Source of the DNA: Octopus sinensis
Taxonomy: Eukaryota
Direction of reading: 5' to 3'
Assembly: GCF_006345805.1 (NCBI RefSeq)
Contig: NC_043010.1
Span: 38,812,001 to 38,876,000, forward strand
Length of the DNA: 64,000 nucleotides
The notes under the pieces were generated by a model. The model saw nothing but the letters and a program-made list of their open reading frames with translations. It was not told the DNA's origin and ran no database searches. Shown one piece after another: positions 1-12,661 of the stretch; position 1 is the stretch's first letter, and every line of letters starts with the position of its first letter. Position numbers and translations under genes: made by a program.

Positions 1-30
1 ATATATATATATTCCATCCATTCCATTCTG

Positions 31-69
<39 letters not shown>

Positions 70-790
70 GTACGTACGCACGCACACATATCTTTATATG
101 TACGCACACAAACACATACACATACACACTACGCTATATACTCATGTGCAGACAATCACACAAAATATAGATACGTATCCTCTGATACACTTATGGTAAT
201 TAGCGAACAAGGAAAGTTAAGCAACAACCATCAGAGCATAACAATTAGTTAATTCTACATAAACTATTTTCTCGACAATGTATATTTTAATTCACGCATG
301 TTCTGTCACTATTAATGCTTAAATACGAATCAATATTTGGAATAAATCATCAACTGGAATAGATTTGGGAATAACGATTTTAAAACTAATAGCAACTAAA
401 TCTATTAAGTTTGCCATATATAATGTCGTTAACGCGTTTCTGTATTTAGTTATGAAGGTTATAACTCTGGGATTGCTTTGGATCAATGCTGTAAAATATT
501 TTGTATGTAAAGTCAATAGAGTCTAATGCTGTCTGGTGTGTTATATATTTATCCACTCACACTTATTGTCAAATCTACATCCGTGGCTGTTGATTTCTAA
601 TGAATATTCATTGAACAGAAAAGATTTGGGTGATCACAATGCGTTGAGGCGGTGACACTGACTGTTGCTTATAACAGGCAGCCAGGACAGGATGTTGGTT
701 TCCTCGTTTTATGATATTCATTTTTGGTATCATATGTTTTAAGTTATACATACATGTGCACACGCCCACACAGAGCATGCATACATATAT

Positions 791-819
791 CTATATGTGT
801 GTGTGAATGTATATATGCT

Positions 820-897
<78 letters not shown>

Positions 898-905
898 TAC
901 ACACA
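791..905. repeat. (AT)n/(AC)n microsatellite block
   Basis: Direct dinucleotide runs; source of the spurious YIYI/HTHT ORFs. Confidence 0.95.
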
Positions 906-1204
906 TATATACATATACATATATACACGCACACAGATAATATGAAAGAGTACATGAGAAACGTCACTTCTCCGTTGCGTAAAGTAACTGCACCTGCAGT
1001 AGATGTCATCGCTGCTGCAGATGAAGGACAGTTCTTGTAGCCAGCTTGAAAGCGTGTCAAAGATGATTAATAAACATGAAAAGTCTACGTTGACCTACGA
1101 TCGCCAGCTGAAGCGTACACACACAAACACGCACACATACACGCACACGCACAAATGCATGTGTGAGCCCGCGCGGGTGTGAGTGTATTTGTCTCGCGTA
1201 AAAA

Positions 1205-1380
1205 ATAAAACAAAACCACGAAGACGCGGTAAAGGTACAAACAAACAAACAAGGTGCATTAGATTGACGCTCAGGACGATTAGAAGAGGTCTTTAACGTT
1301 TCGAACCTACGTTCTTCTACGGAAAGGAGAGATGAGGAGAGAGAAAATAAAGAGAGAAGAACAAGTGAGTCTCAATTAAA
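1205..1380 (-). mobile_element. Short (~200 bp) PLE-3'-end-like repeat, copy 1
   Basis: Shares AAACAAACAA...GCGCTCAGGA...GTCTTTAACGTTTCGA with 2668-2875 and (inverted) 14900-15092; carries an HHR-like motif. Boundaries approximate. Confidence 0.6.
1291..1326 (-). ncRNA. Minimal hammerhead-like motif, degenerate core (CCGUAGA)
   Basis: Minus strand reads CTTT-CCGTAGA-A-GAAC GTAG GTTC-GAAA-CG-TT-AAAG: 4-bp stem I, 4-bp stem II, palindromic AACGTT in place of stem III. Confidence 0.45.
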
Positions 1381-2454
1381 ATCTCATTATGTGCTGAAAT
1401 GAGCGGAAGACGAATAAATGAGCTTCAGAGTAGGTGGCAAGGGTAAGAGGTGGGGAGGCAACATTGATTTGGTATACGTGCATGTAAGCAAGCACTTGTA
1501 TGTGTATGTAGCAAGTTGTATTTATGCGGGTGTATACGTGTGTATGTGTGCGTGAGTCTTTCTGACGCATGTGCCCATGAAGCTTCCAGGCGCGCGCTGT
1601 CTACGTATTTGTTCGTGGTGTGTATTTGTGTGTGCGAGCGTACATGTCTGCGCACACATACACATACACACAGATATATACATACATATATACATACAGA
1701 CAGACACACAGACACACACACAAACGTATATATTCCAACTGGATCGATATCCTTTTACTTGTGTATTTATATCCCCCGAGTTTTTAATAGCACTTAGTAA
1801 CCCGAACTTTATTTGATCCATAAGTCTGATAGTTACCAAGTCTTCAGTTGTCATATAAATAAGAATTTGCTCGAAGATATTTGGTTATGGAAGTGAGTAT
1901 TACTGTTTTTTTTTTATTTCTTCTATGTATCTATTATTCATGGTTAATATTTTGCTTGCAAAATATTTTGTGTGGGTGGAACAGGCGCATACTTTGACGA
2001 AATACCTGGCTGTAATTTAGAAATGTCTCAGTACCGTTTGTTTCCAATTCATACCCTACAAGAAAGTTTAACTTCTATCCTCTAAAAATCCTTATGCTGG
2101 TTAGTATTTATGGCGCAGTGATCGCTTTTGCAACCATAATTTAGTTCAGACATAGGCAACTTTTTTTCAAGAAGCAGGCAGCATGAAATACGAATCACCA
2201 TCTGAGCGGGCCGTGCTATTAAAAATATTCAAGGTTATATCTCGTTAAGCGTGTCATTCAAAAAGTGTTGCTGTCCGCAGTTTTCCAATGATTCATTTAG
2301 TTTAACATCGAAGGGGTTGGGCGTGGTACTATAATCCTTAATAGGATATTTTTGATTAATCCTGTCGATGTAGTTCATGCTAAGATTTTGGGTGACACAT
2401 TCTAACCGTGACTTTCTCATTTTAAAGGGGATAATTGATTATGTTATTTGAGCA

Positions 2455-2463
2455 CACACACAC

Positions 2464-2560
<97 letters not shown>
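2455..2560. repeat. (AC)n followed by (AT)n microsatellite
   Basis: Direct runs. Confidence 0.95.
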
Positions 2561-2561
<1 letters not shown>

Positions 2562-2667
2562 GTACATGTACTTGCATAGCAAGTGACTTAATCTGAGATC
2601 GTGCATTCTTAAGAATATCATTTCTCTTGCTCGCATCTTTCAATGCAACGTATATATATATATATAT

Positions 2668-2875
2668 AACGGGAAGCTTTATGAAAATAGACAAAAGACG
2701 AAGGCAGGTGGAAAACAAACAAACAATTGTATTAGTATGGCGCTCAGGAAATATAAATAAAACAAGTCTTTAACGTTTCGAGCCTACGCTCTTCAACAGA
2801 AAGATACACAGAGAGAAAAAAAACACAGAAAGAAGGAGAGAAAAAAAATGCGTGCAGTAACTAACGAATCAACAT
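2668..2875 (-). mobile_element. Short PLE-3'-end-like repeat, copy 2, flanked by (TA)n
   Basis: Homologous to 1205-1380 and 14900-15092; minus-strand 3' end ...AAGCTTCCCGTT runs into (TA)n. Confidence 0.65.
2767..2804 (-). ncRNA. Minimal PLE-type hammerhead-like motif with CUGUUGA core
   Basis: Minus strand: TCTTT-CTGTTGA-A-GAGC GTAG GCTC-GAAA-CG-TT-AAAGA; 5-bp stem I, perfect stem II, palindromic stem III surrogate. Confidence 0.55.
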
Positions 2876-2898
2876 AATATATATATATATATATATAT

Positions 2899-3224
2899 AT
2901 TATATAAAATCCATTCTGTCTGTCTGTGTGTATGTCTTTTAGGATCTCAGACATCCTCCATCTGATTGCGCTCAAATTTGATATGTAGATACCGACGGTA
3001 TGAAGGCGTGTATAAGTCTTGAAATAAATTACAAAAATCGATTCCAGGTGAGAATGCGATCGATAAAGCCGTGGGAACGTGCATTTGTAAAATCATTATT
3101 CTTGGAATAGAAAAAAAGTCTTTATTTCTTCTTTTGCTGGTGTCTCAAATTTAGGTTAAATCAGTGTTTCTCAAAGAGGAGACAAGTTGTTTTCAGAAAA
3201 TTTAGACGGGGAGCGTTTTGCTCG

Positions 3225-3225
<1 letters not shown>
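2899..3225 (+). mobile_element. Non-autonomous Helitron-like element
   Basis: 5' TATATAAAAT..(CTGT)n, internal CCATCTGATT..AAATTTGATATG motif, 3' GAGC-GTTTT-GCTC hairpin ending CTCGT, inserted in (TA)n. Resembles invertebrate non-autonomous Helitrons (recognition from memory). Confidence 0.5.
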
Positions 3226-3260
<35 letters not shown>

Positions 3261-3369
3261 ATATAATTCAAATAAGTTATCATTACCTCTGAAAATAATG
3301 ATAAGGTGGGCAGCAAACGTAATTCAAATTAGCAAAATATATAATAAAAAGTCAGTATTGGATGTAATG

Positions 3370-3640
3370 GGAGTGGTGGTGGTGGTGGTGGCGTTTTTTG
3401 AGGTAGTGGTGTTGGCGAGGGTAACAGTAGTATTGGTTACGGTGGTGGTGGTGATAATTTTCATTGTAGTAATAGTGGTGGTGATCGTCGTAATGGGGCT
3501 TGATAATGAAAGTGACAATGCTGGTAGTGATGGTAGCGGTAGTGGTGATAATAATGTTTACGATGGTAAAAGTGGTGGTAACGATGGAGATGCGGGTGAT
3601 GATGGTGGTGGTGGTGGTTGTTATTGTGGTGCTGGTATTG
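3370..3640. repeat. GTN/GGT/GAT trinucleotide low-complexity block
   Basis: Degenerate trinucleotide runs; explains the Val/Gly-rich ORF 3187..3705. Confidence 0.85.
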
Positions 3641-3654
3641 GTATTCTGTTATTC

Positions 3655-3992
3655 TTGTATTTGTTTCAGTCATCTGACTGCGGCCATGCTGGAGCACCAC
3701 CATGAAGGGCTTTAGTCGAGCAAATCGATCTCAGGACTTATAAATTTGTAAGTCTAATACTTACTTATTCTATCGGTCTCTTTTACCGAACTGCTAAGTT
3801 GCCAAGCGATGTAGGGGGGACAAACTCTGATGCAGACACACACATACACTCATAAACACATATACGATGGGCTTTTTTCAGTTTCCGCCATACTAAATCA
3901 CTCACAAAGCTTTGGTCGGTTATAGAAGAAGACACTTGCTCAGGATGCCACACAGTGGTACTGAACCCCGTACCATGTGGTTGGGAGGCTTG
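3655..3992 (-). mobile_element. tRNA-derived SINE, family A
   Basis: Reverse complement of the family-A copy at 26114-26505 (tRNA-like head, GAAAGAAGCCCGTCGTAT, microsatellite middle, tail ...GACTGAAACAA). Confidence 0.85.
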
Positions 3993-4606
3993 CTCATGTT
4001 GATATAGCGAGGGTGTTGATCCGAGTGTTTGTGGTCGTGGTGGTGATGATTTTAGTGGCGATGATGATGGTGTTGATGATGATCATCATGATGGTAACAT
4101 ATGAATGCGGAGATGACATTTCCTTTTGGAATTGTTAATTAATTAAAATGTATTGAAAAATTTTAACCGTCGAGATTTTTCCATCTTTGAGATTAATTTT
4201 AGGATGAAAACAAAATATAAAAGAAAGGAAACCGATTTTCGAATGTGATCTCTCGCTCTCTCTCACTCTCACTCTGGTCTCTCCTCCCTCTTTCTCTCTC
4301 TCACTCTCACTCTGGTCTCTCCCCTCTCTCTCTCTCTCACTCTCACTCTGGTCTCTCCCCTCCCACTCTCTCTCCTCATCTCACTTTCGGACACTCACAC
4401 AAACACACACACTGTCACTCAGATACACAAACATACATGCATACATTTTCAGATATACAAACCTACACAGGCACACGGAAAGCGATGCAAACAACCACAG
4501 GCACACACAAACATACAAATGTGTACGCAATGAGATGGATATATGCCCCAGTGAAAACACATATATTTTCTAGTATATATAAGCGATTACACGTGAGTAT
4601 ATGCAT

Positions 4607-4638
<32 letters not shown>

Positions 4639-5036
4639 TAATATATATATATATATATACTCTTAAGTAATATACTATAACACAATATAATACAGCAGAT
4701 ATAAAATACCTTACGATGACCTACAGTAAATGGAGTAATAACGGGGAAAATTCTTGCAGATAAGTTTTACGAATGATAACACTCTCCTCGGAGAAATAAA
4801 ATACACCATTTTTAATCTCTTACATGGAGAACAATTAATGGTAGTCCTTATGTATATGTTCATGTATATAAATATATATATATATATATTATATATATAT
4901 ATATATATATAATATATATATATATATATTTATTTATACACACATATATACATATATATATATACACGTTTATATACATTTATATAAATATAAATGTATA
5001 CACATATGTACATGTATATAAATATATGCATATATG

Positions 5037-5069
<33 letters not shown>

Positions 5070-5070
5070 T

Positions 5071-5636
5071 GTCGGTAATTTGGTACGATCGTTTCATGCT
5101 ACATCATGTTATTAAAGTGGTAGTGGGATGATAGACTAATAATGTCTTAGAGGTTGCCTACTACTACTTAGCATTCTTTAACTTTAACTTTATTTTACCC
5201 CTTCCTATATCTATAAATAGAAAAACTCTTTGTCTCCATTCAACCGAATATCCCTCTCTCCCCCCTAGCAGATCGAAATAACTAAAAGAAAAATCTGCAG
5301 CCAGAAGATAGATTCAAACACTATAATGTTATTAACAATCAAATCAACCTCTCTGTCTGTATATTTACCCTCTTAATAATGTTAGCAATTGACATGGAAA
5401 TAAGTATATGTATTGATGGAAAACCTTTATGAATGGGTGAAGATTGCTCAACATTTTAAAACTGATGTAATACTTACAATGTTTAATAAAATGATGTAGC
5501 ATGAAACGAAACGATCGTAACAAATTACCGAAGATATTCTCGTTGCTTACTTTGATTATAATCACCCCATGGATTTATATGGATAATATCGTACAAAATT
5601 CTGGTGCGTCTGACTTAAGTACCATATTCATTTGAA
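5071..5636 (+). mobile_element. Decayed PLE-like 3' remnant with a short inverted 5' segment
   Basis: ~46-bp inverted repeat (5072-5116 vs 5482-5531); decayed HHR-like CTGATGT...GAAACGATCGTA at ~5462-5519; (TA)n on both sides. Confidence 0.4.
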
Positions 5637-5658
5637 TATATATATATATACATATATG

Positions 5659-5950
5659 GAAAAACAAGTCAAGGTAGATAATGGTAAAATAATTTTATGA
5701 AAAATTTTTCAGTACCGGTTCCAGTCAATGAGACTTTTTAAACTGTAAGTACGGAAAGCAAGTAAATTTTTGAAAAATTAAAAGAAAATTTTTTTAAAAG
5801 AATATTTGCATAGTATTCAGATACAAGGGCAATTTTCCTTGTTTCTGCCAGTCTCTTTCTCTCAAGGCAAGGCAAATCCATGTAAGTTAAAGTCCTGATA
5901 GATATTTATACTATAAGAAATGTAACCTACATGGATTTGCCTTGCCTTAA
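5659..5950 (-). mobile_element. Decayed PLE-like 3' remnant
   Basis: Minus strand 5706-5748 reads TTACAG-TTTAAAA-AGTC TCATT GACT-GGAA-CCGG-TA-CTGAAA (HHR stems kept, core decayed); 26-bp inverted repeat at 5864-5948. Confidence 0.35.
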
Positions 5951-8348
5951 CGTTTGTTATCCTCTCTAACAATTATATATCCGCTATATTGAAAATCTAC
6001 AATGGCTCCATAACTACCATCTCGGCTATAACCTTGGAGTCCTAGTAATCCGTTACAGCACTTACCTAGCGCACCTAATCGTTTAGATCACCTGTGAACT
6101 AAACTACTATGTGCTGTGTACATATATATGTATATATATATATATATATATATGTTATTCTGTAATTGTGATAACTGTGTTGCTAATGTTTTGAGTTGTT
6201 GCAACAGTTCATAATATCATTGGTGACGTTTTTTTATTTTCTGGCAGCTGATTTAAGTGCAATAGTATTAGTACAAGCAGTAGTGGCGATGGTAGAAGCA
6301 GATGTGGTGCTGGTGTTGGTAGTGTCAGTATTGATATTAGTATTACTAGTAGTTCTAGTATTAGTAGTCATAGTTGTAAGTGTTGTTGTTCACGACGATG
6401 ACGATGAGAGGGATGATGGTTTTGTAATACAGCTTAATGTATAAGATTTACTGAAAGCAAAATCCCGTTTTTTGAGTAATCGTTGTGCAGCTGTTAGCCA
6501 TACTAATAGGTTTTGTTACTGTTGATGATGACGACGACGACTATGAGGACGATGATGATGATGATGATGATAATAATGATGGCGGTTTTGTAATGTGTTT
6601 TAATATAGATTTACTCGAAGCGATGCTACACGTCTTTTTTTTTGCTTACCTATGAGGCAACCTTCATATAATTGAATCGAATAATTTGCTGACAGTTAAA
6701 GGTCAGCTTATTTTGTATAAGAAAACATTTAAACAGAATTTCTTTTCTTTTGCTTTTATATGTTTCTAACTAATAAACAGAACAAGACCAAACAAAAACG
6801 ATACCAACAAAGAAAAGTACTTCTTCTCTTCACGAAAGAGCAACAACAATAACAACAAATTAACGTTAACTGCAGCTGAAAATTGTTATAAAACATCGTA
6901 AAGTTTCCGAATTTTCCAAAGAGGTTACACAGGAAAAGTGAAGTTGACCAACCTTTAGTGAAAATTCTTTGCCCAGAGGGGGGTAGAAATAACAACCAAA
7001 TCTCTTTTAACACTTTGACAGCATAATTAATTAATTAATTTCGTAATTATTCCCTAAATGATGCTAATTATCCACTAAGAAATGATACTTTCTGCTTCTG
7101 CACTTCTTTTTCAATATCTCGTGTACGGTTGGTAGAATTTTGATATCCACCACTAAAATTATTTGATTCTTCCTTCGTAAAGAGATATTTAATAAAATAT
7201 GCGAAGAAAAAAATTAAGAATATCTGGAAACAATTATTTCTTGGAATAAGTGTTACTGGAGAACCTTTTATCAAAGACGTGGGTTAAAACTGCTTTCCGC
7301 AGTTAACGGCAATAACACTTCAAAGTAAAATTTATCTACTTTCCACGTTCAAAGGATTTCAACAACCTTATAGCCTTAAAAGGTAAAAAAAGAAGAAAAA
7401 TGTGTAGGTGTGGACGAGAGGTTAAGAAATTCGCTTCTCTATCGAGTTTTCTCTGGTGTGACTTTTCTGTGCACCATCGTATGCATGTGTTTTTTACCCA
7501 AACCTAGTGTCGCCCTTATGAGATGAAAAGGCTTAACGGGAGGATTTTGGAAGCCCGTTAGAAAGTATGTTTGTTATTCAAAGCGCCGTCCTTATTACAT
7601 ATTGTCCGCCTGAGAATTACGTTAAGGGTACACTTGTTTGTGCTTTGTTCCGCTACTTATAATTTAACAAGAAGTTTCATCAGTTAATTGAACAAGTTAA
7701 TCCCTCATCAACGAAATTGACAAAGCATCTCTATCACCGTTTTAAACAACCCGTGATACGTTGGTCACTATAGTTCTAGATACACAAACTGTTAATGACG
7801 AGTTGGCCTCGTCTGGAATGCTTTCGATCTAGATCTTCTGAATACTATGTTTTTAACCAGAGCTGAACAAATAGCAGCTGTTATCGTAGAACTTTAAAGA
7901 GCAGTCCATATATGTTCGCTCTTCCGGCGAGATATAGACATCAAATCTTCCCCAAATTTTAACCTACATTCTTTAACAAATTGGGTCATTTTGGTTAATG
8001 TAGTGCTAGATGCACTGTGTCAGAAATAAAAACTAAAGAGTAGGTAATTAATAAAGAGCAGACGTGGAGTTAAAACGACAATAATGAATACCACAGCAAC
8101 AACAACAACATGAACATCAAACGCTTCATCTGCAATAACAACAAAAAATGCAACAATAATGGAACATATTTTGATAAGCATCATACTAGACGTATATTCG
8201 TCATTGCAGGGAATGAGGGTGTAGATATTCTTCTGAGAGAAAATCTCTTGAGAGTCGTGTTAAAAAAAAACAATATAGTTGGAAGCCAGGAAAATATCGT
8301 CTCAGTAATGACTCACGAGAACACATGCCTTATGTACACACAGACACA

Positions 8349-8384
<36 letters not shown>

Positions 8385-8386
<2 letters not shown>

Positions 8387-8880
8387 AAATTAATTGCTGA
8401 ACTTGAGGCAATCCAACGAAGCTACACGAAGATAGTCTCTATGCAGCATATAAGCTACTGGGAAAAACTGAAGAGATTAAGACGCTATTCTTTAGAGCAC
8501 AGGCGGGTAAGATATACATATATCTGGAAGGTAATAGAGGGACTTGTAACAAATTTGACATCGAGAATTACACTAGATAGAACAGTGCCAAAGGCTCCAA
8601 ATTTGCCATCAAGATCTAGGACGATCTATTGCAACAGCCTGAGCTTTAAAAGAACACCGCTCTTCAATATCCTCGCGAAGGATCTGAGAGACCTATATGG
8701 GGTGGATATAGGTGTCTTCAAAAGGAAACTAAACCTCTTACTGTCAAGTGTCCCAGATGAACCCGATGTTAAGCGTTAAGTGTCCCAGATGAACCAACTT
8801 CACAGAAGGAAGTGCAGATGAGGACAGCGACATCAAACTCCTTCGTGCACCAAACGTCAATTTCTAAAAAGAATTAGTGA
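8385..8880 (+). mobile_element. CR1/L2-clade LINE 3' fragment
   Basis: ORF 8378..8779 (LEAIQRSYTK...YWEKLKRL..YSLEHRR.RY..IWK..GLV) matches the post-RT C-terminal region of CR1-like ORF2 and is homologous to 31600-31940. Confidence 0.85.
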
Positions 8881-9235
8881 AGTAAAATTATGTTGCAACA
8901 CCAAATGGCTGTGCAAGATCCGGGCTACATATGTTTCATAGCAAGCGGAACCGTAGAAGTGGTAAATATACAAGCGAGGTGTATACTGCTGGGTACACTC
9001 AGGCCATAGATATTTTGATTAAATGAAAGTTTATATTTTTGAAAGGAAGTACATGTTAACATATAGTAGATTCAATACTCTTGTATGCTTATTCGCACAC
9101 TCGGAAACACTGGTCACCTAGAACGAAAAATAAGAAGGACTTTCTCCAGTTCATCGTACTTCGATACGTAAAATATCCACAACCTTCCGTCTCAATAACT
9201 CAATAAACCACTATAGTTGTTTTTTTAAAAAATTT

Positions 9236-9626
9236 ACTACGGATTGCTCGAAGCTAACTTTCTTCCAACACCTCGATCCCTGGATCTTATACATACATAC
9301 ATACATACCTACATACATACATACCTACATATATACATACATACATACATACATACATACATACATACATACATACATACATAGAGGAGTGGCTTAGTGG
9401 TAATTAGCTTGCTTACCAACCACAGGGTTCCAGCTTCAGTCCCACTCTGTGGCACCTTTGGAAAGTGTCTTCTACTATAGTCTCGGGCCAATCAAAGCCT
9501 TGTGAGTGAATTTGGTTGACGGAAACTGAAAGAAGCCCATCGTTTTCATGTATATATATATATATGTATATATAAGATCCAGGGATCGAGGTGTAAGAAG
9601 AAAGTTAGCTTCGAGCAATCCGTAGT
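9236..9626. repeat. 56-bp inverted repeat enclosing a microsatellite and a SINE fragment
   Basis: 9236-9291 vs the reverse complement of 9571-9626: 54/56 identical. Confidence 0.9.
9385..9545 (+). mobile_element. SINE family A, 5' half
   Basis: GGAGTGGCTTAGTGGTAATTAGCTTGCTTACCAACCAC...GAAAGAAGCCC, as at 26114. Confidence 0.85.
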
Positions 9627-10299
9627 GCACCATGCTGTGGCCTTTGGTTGAGAGGAAATCTGTTGGCAGACATTGTAATAATATGCCTCATTTTATTGTT
9701 TATATCTATAGGTTTTCTATGTAATCTAGTGGCTGCATTGAAACTTACGACGTTTCCTATACGAACATGTTTATGTAAACGATGCGACCAAAGATAGAAA
9801 ACATAAGCTAGAAGACAGATGATAATAGTAAGATACAGCGGAAGAGGAGAGCATTCACTTTGTGTTCAAGGCCACAAATTGGGAGGTAAAGTATAATTGA
9901 TATATCGATCTAAGTATTTAACTAAAGCCTATTTTTATAGGCTCCGGGATGTATTTAAAAAAAGAACAAAAATAAAAAGAAAATAGAAAAAAACCCCTTT
10001 AACCCACAATCATGGCGGTATTTGAAGTTGGACATAAAAGTTACGCTAACGATTTATCATTCTACGACATAGCCAATAATGAGATGAAATTGTTGAAAGT
10101 AAATGGAAGGAAGATTTAAACTTCCGGGACAACCTAACCATGATGATGCAATATTTGTTGATGTTGTTGTTGCCCTTGCGTTATTTGTTTTTATGGTTGT
10201 AACAATTATTCTACACTGATTTATTATTCCGTGCTGTTATTGCTTCTGTTGTTCGAATTGTGGATTTTGTTATTGTTCGTTGCTGTTGTTGTCAGTGTT

Positions 10300-10330
<31 letters not shown>

Positions 10331-10474
10331 CTGCTGCTACTGCTGTTGTTATTTTAGTTCCTTGCTGTTACTTTTGTTATACTTATAGTCATTGTTTTTG
10401 CTAATGGCGTTGCAAGTACGGTTTAAAATACGAGATTCTTTTAAAGCGATGTTTCACGTTTGCTGCTCAGTAAG

Positions 10475-10523
<49 letters not shown>

Positions 10524-11243
10524 GGGAGATAGAGAGTGAGAGTGGAGAAGAGAAAGAAAGAATGATACTTTATTTAATTAAAGGAATCATTACTAACGCT
10601 TAAATGTCAGCTTATTATGTATAAGAAAACAATTAACAAAAATTAACTTTTCTTTGATTTAACATGTCGCTCACTAAACAACACAAAATTAACAAAATAA
10701 AACGAAGAAATGTAAAATAAAAGCAGAAACGAAAAGAAAAACGAGAACAAAATGAACGCCGCATAAATACTTCAGATGAGGATGGATATAAAATAATGGA
10801 AAGAGCAGGGGATTACCACAGATTTTCAGCAGCAGGAAATAATAATAATCAACCTCACCGGAACACCGTTACAGGCAGAATGTAAGAGATTGTTTCAATG
10901 TGGCAACGCGAAATGCTAGAATCCACAGCCAAATATAATTTAAATCGCATTTAACGTCTTGAACAAAGTAAGCTGGACATATAGTCAGATATTAAGCCTG
11001 GATATTCTCTGAAAGAAAAAAAAGTGATGACAGGCCTGAGCGATTTTATTCGTAGGTTCCCCCGACAATGATTAACCAAGCGGTACGCAAATATAAGAAT
11101 GCACGACCTGCTAAAAATAGAGAGTAAATCTCAATGGAATCACTCCCTACATTTTAAAACAGGTGAACGGAATCGGCTATTTCCTTGCCTGGAAATTTGT
11201 GACCATATGCCAATATTTGAAGTTAGTATTCTTTCTTATTCTA

Positions 11244-11447
11244 GGCACAAGGCTCGAAATTTCTTGGGAGGGGGACAGTCAGTTACTTCGACCCCAGTGC
11301 GTAACTGGTACTTAATTTATCGACCCCGAAACGATGAATGGCAAAGTCGACCTCGGCGGAATTTGAACTCAGAAAGTTACGATGGACGAAATACTGTTAA
11401 ATATTTCGCCCGGCGTGATAACAATTCTGCCAGCTCGCTGCCTTATT
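11244..11447 (-). mobile_element. tRNA-derived SINE, family B (Deu/Nin-like core)
   Basis: Reverse complement of AAGGCGGCGAGCTGGCAGAA...GAGTTCAAATTCCGCCGAGGTCGACTTTGCCTTTCATCCTTTCGGGGTCGATAAATTAAGTACCAG. Core-domain name assigned from memory. Confidence 0.85.
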
Positions 11448-11470
11448 TGAAGCTAAAATTTATTGTTTTT

Positions 11471-11698
11471 AAGGCGGCGAGCTGGCAGAATCTTTAGCAC
11501 ACCAGGCGAAATGCTTAGCGGCATTTCGTCCTTCTTTACGTTCTGAGTTCAAATTCTGCCGCGGTCGATTTTGTCTTTTAATACTTTCGGGTTCGATAAA
11601 ATAGGTTCCAGGCGAGTGCTGGGGTTCGATGTAATTAACTTACCGCACCACCTCGTCCCGAACCTTCTGGCTTTGTGTCAAAATTAGAAACCAATATT
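11471..11698 (+). mobile_element. SINE family B, head-to-head with the previous copy
   Basis: TAAGGCGGCGAGCTGGCAGAATC head with A/B-box-like motifs, and core. Confidence 0.85.
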
Positions 11699-12544
11699 AG
11701 TTGTCGCTGTGTCGATAACATAAAATACCAGTTGATTACTTGGGTCAATGTAATCGACTTACCCCACCCCGTAAAATTGCTGGCGTTGTGCCAAATTTGA
11801 AACCAGTATTAGTTGTCGTTGTCATTGATTTCTTTACAGATTTATTGTTTAAATGTAAACCAGCTGTTATGATCCAGCTGTGCATGTTATTGCTTTTGTC
11901 ACAGTTCGTGTTGTTCTTATTAAAGTTTGTTGTTGCTATATATTGTTGCTATTATTGTAAGGTTACTGGTGCTAGAAATGTTGCAGTTCTAATTGTTGTA
12001 GTTGTCAATTCTCTTGTTGTAATATTTTAATTCATCTGATTCACATAAAGCTATGATCCGCATTCCGCCTCTTTGTTAGTCTTCATTTAATTAGATAAAA
12101 CATAGCTAACAGTTAAATGTCAACGTACTTAATATAAGAAAACAATTAACCAAATTAATTTCTCTTCGAGTTCACGTGTTTGTTTCTGATAAATCAAATA
12201 AAAAACAAAAAAAGTAACGAGAAACGTAAAACAGAAAACAAAAGAAAAGAGAGAAAAATATAAGAAAGAGTTAACAAGAAATAACGAAGAATGAGATCTT
12301 ATCCAAAAACTGAACCCAAATCGACAACAACGAACAACAAAGGGTGTATTTTAATTTCAGATTAGCACATATGCTGGATCTAAGAAAGATTACGATATTT
12401 TCCAAAGTATTAAGAAGCACAACTGGAATTAATCAATCTTAAATGACATTTAATAGAAAATTCCGATAAGTTCAATTGCCGTGATGAGCAAAGAAGTTAA
12501 CATTTGAACTCTTATACTTTATACGAGTGTAAGGAAGAGTTTAA

Positions 12545-12576
<32 letters not shown>

Positions 12577-12661
12577 GTATATATATATATACACACGTAT
12601 ATATGTGTGTGTGTGCGAATATCCTTATCTTTCACTCTCTATCTATAGATAGATATGCGTA

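Noticed and set aside
3187-3705. 172-aa Val/Gly-rich ORF resembling a membrane protein
   Set aside because: Built from GTN/GGT trinucleotide repeats and runs into a SINE.
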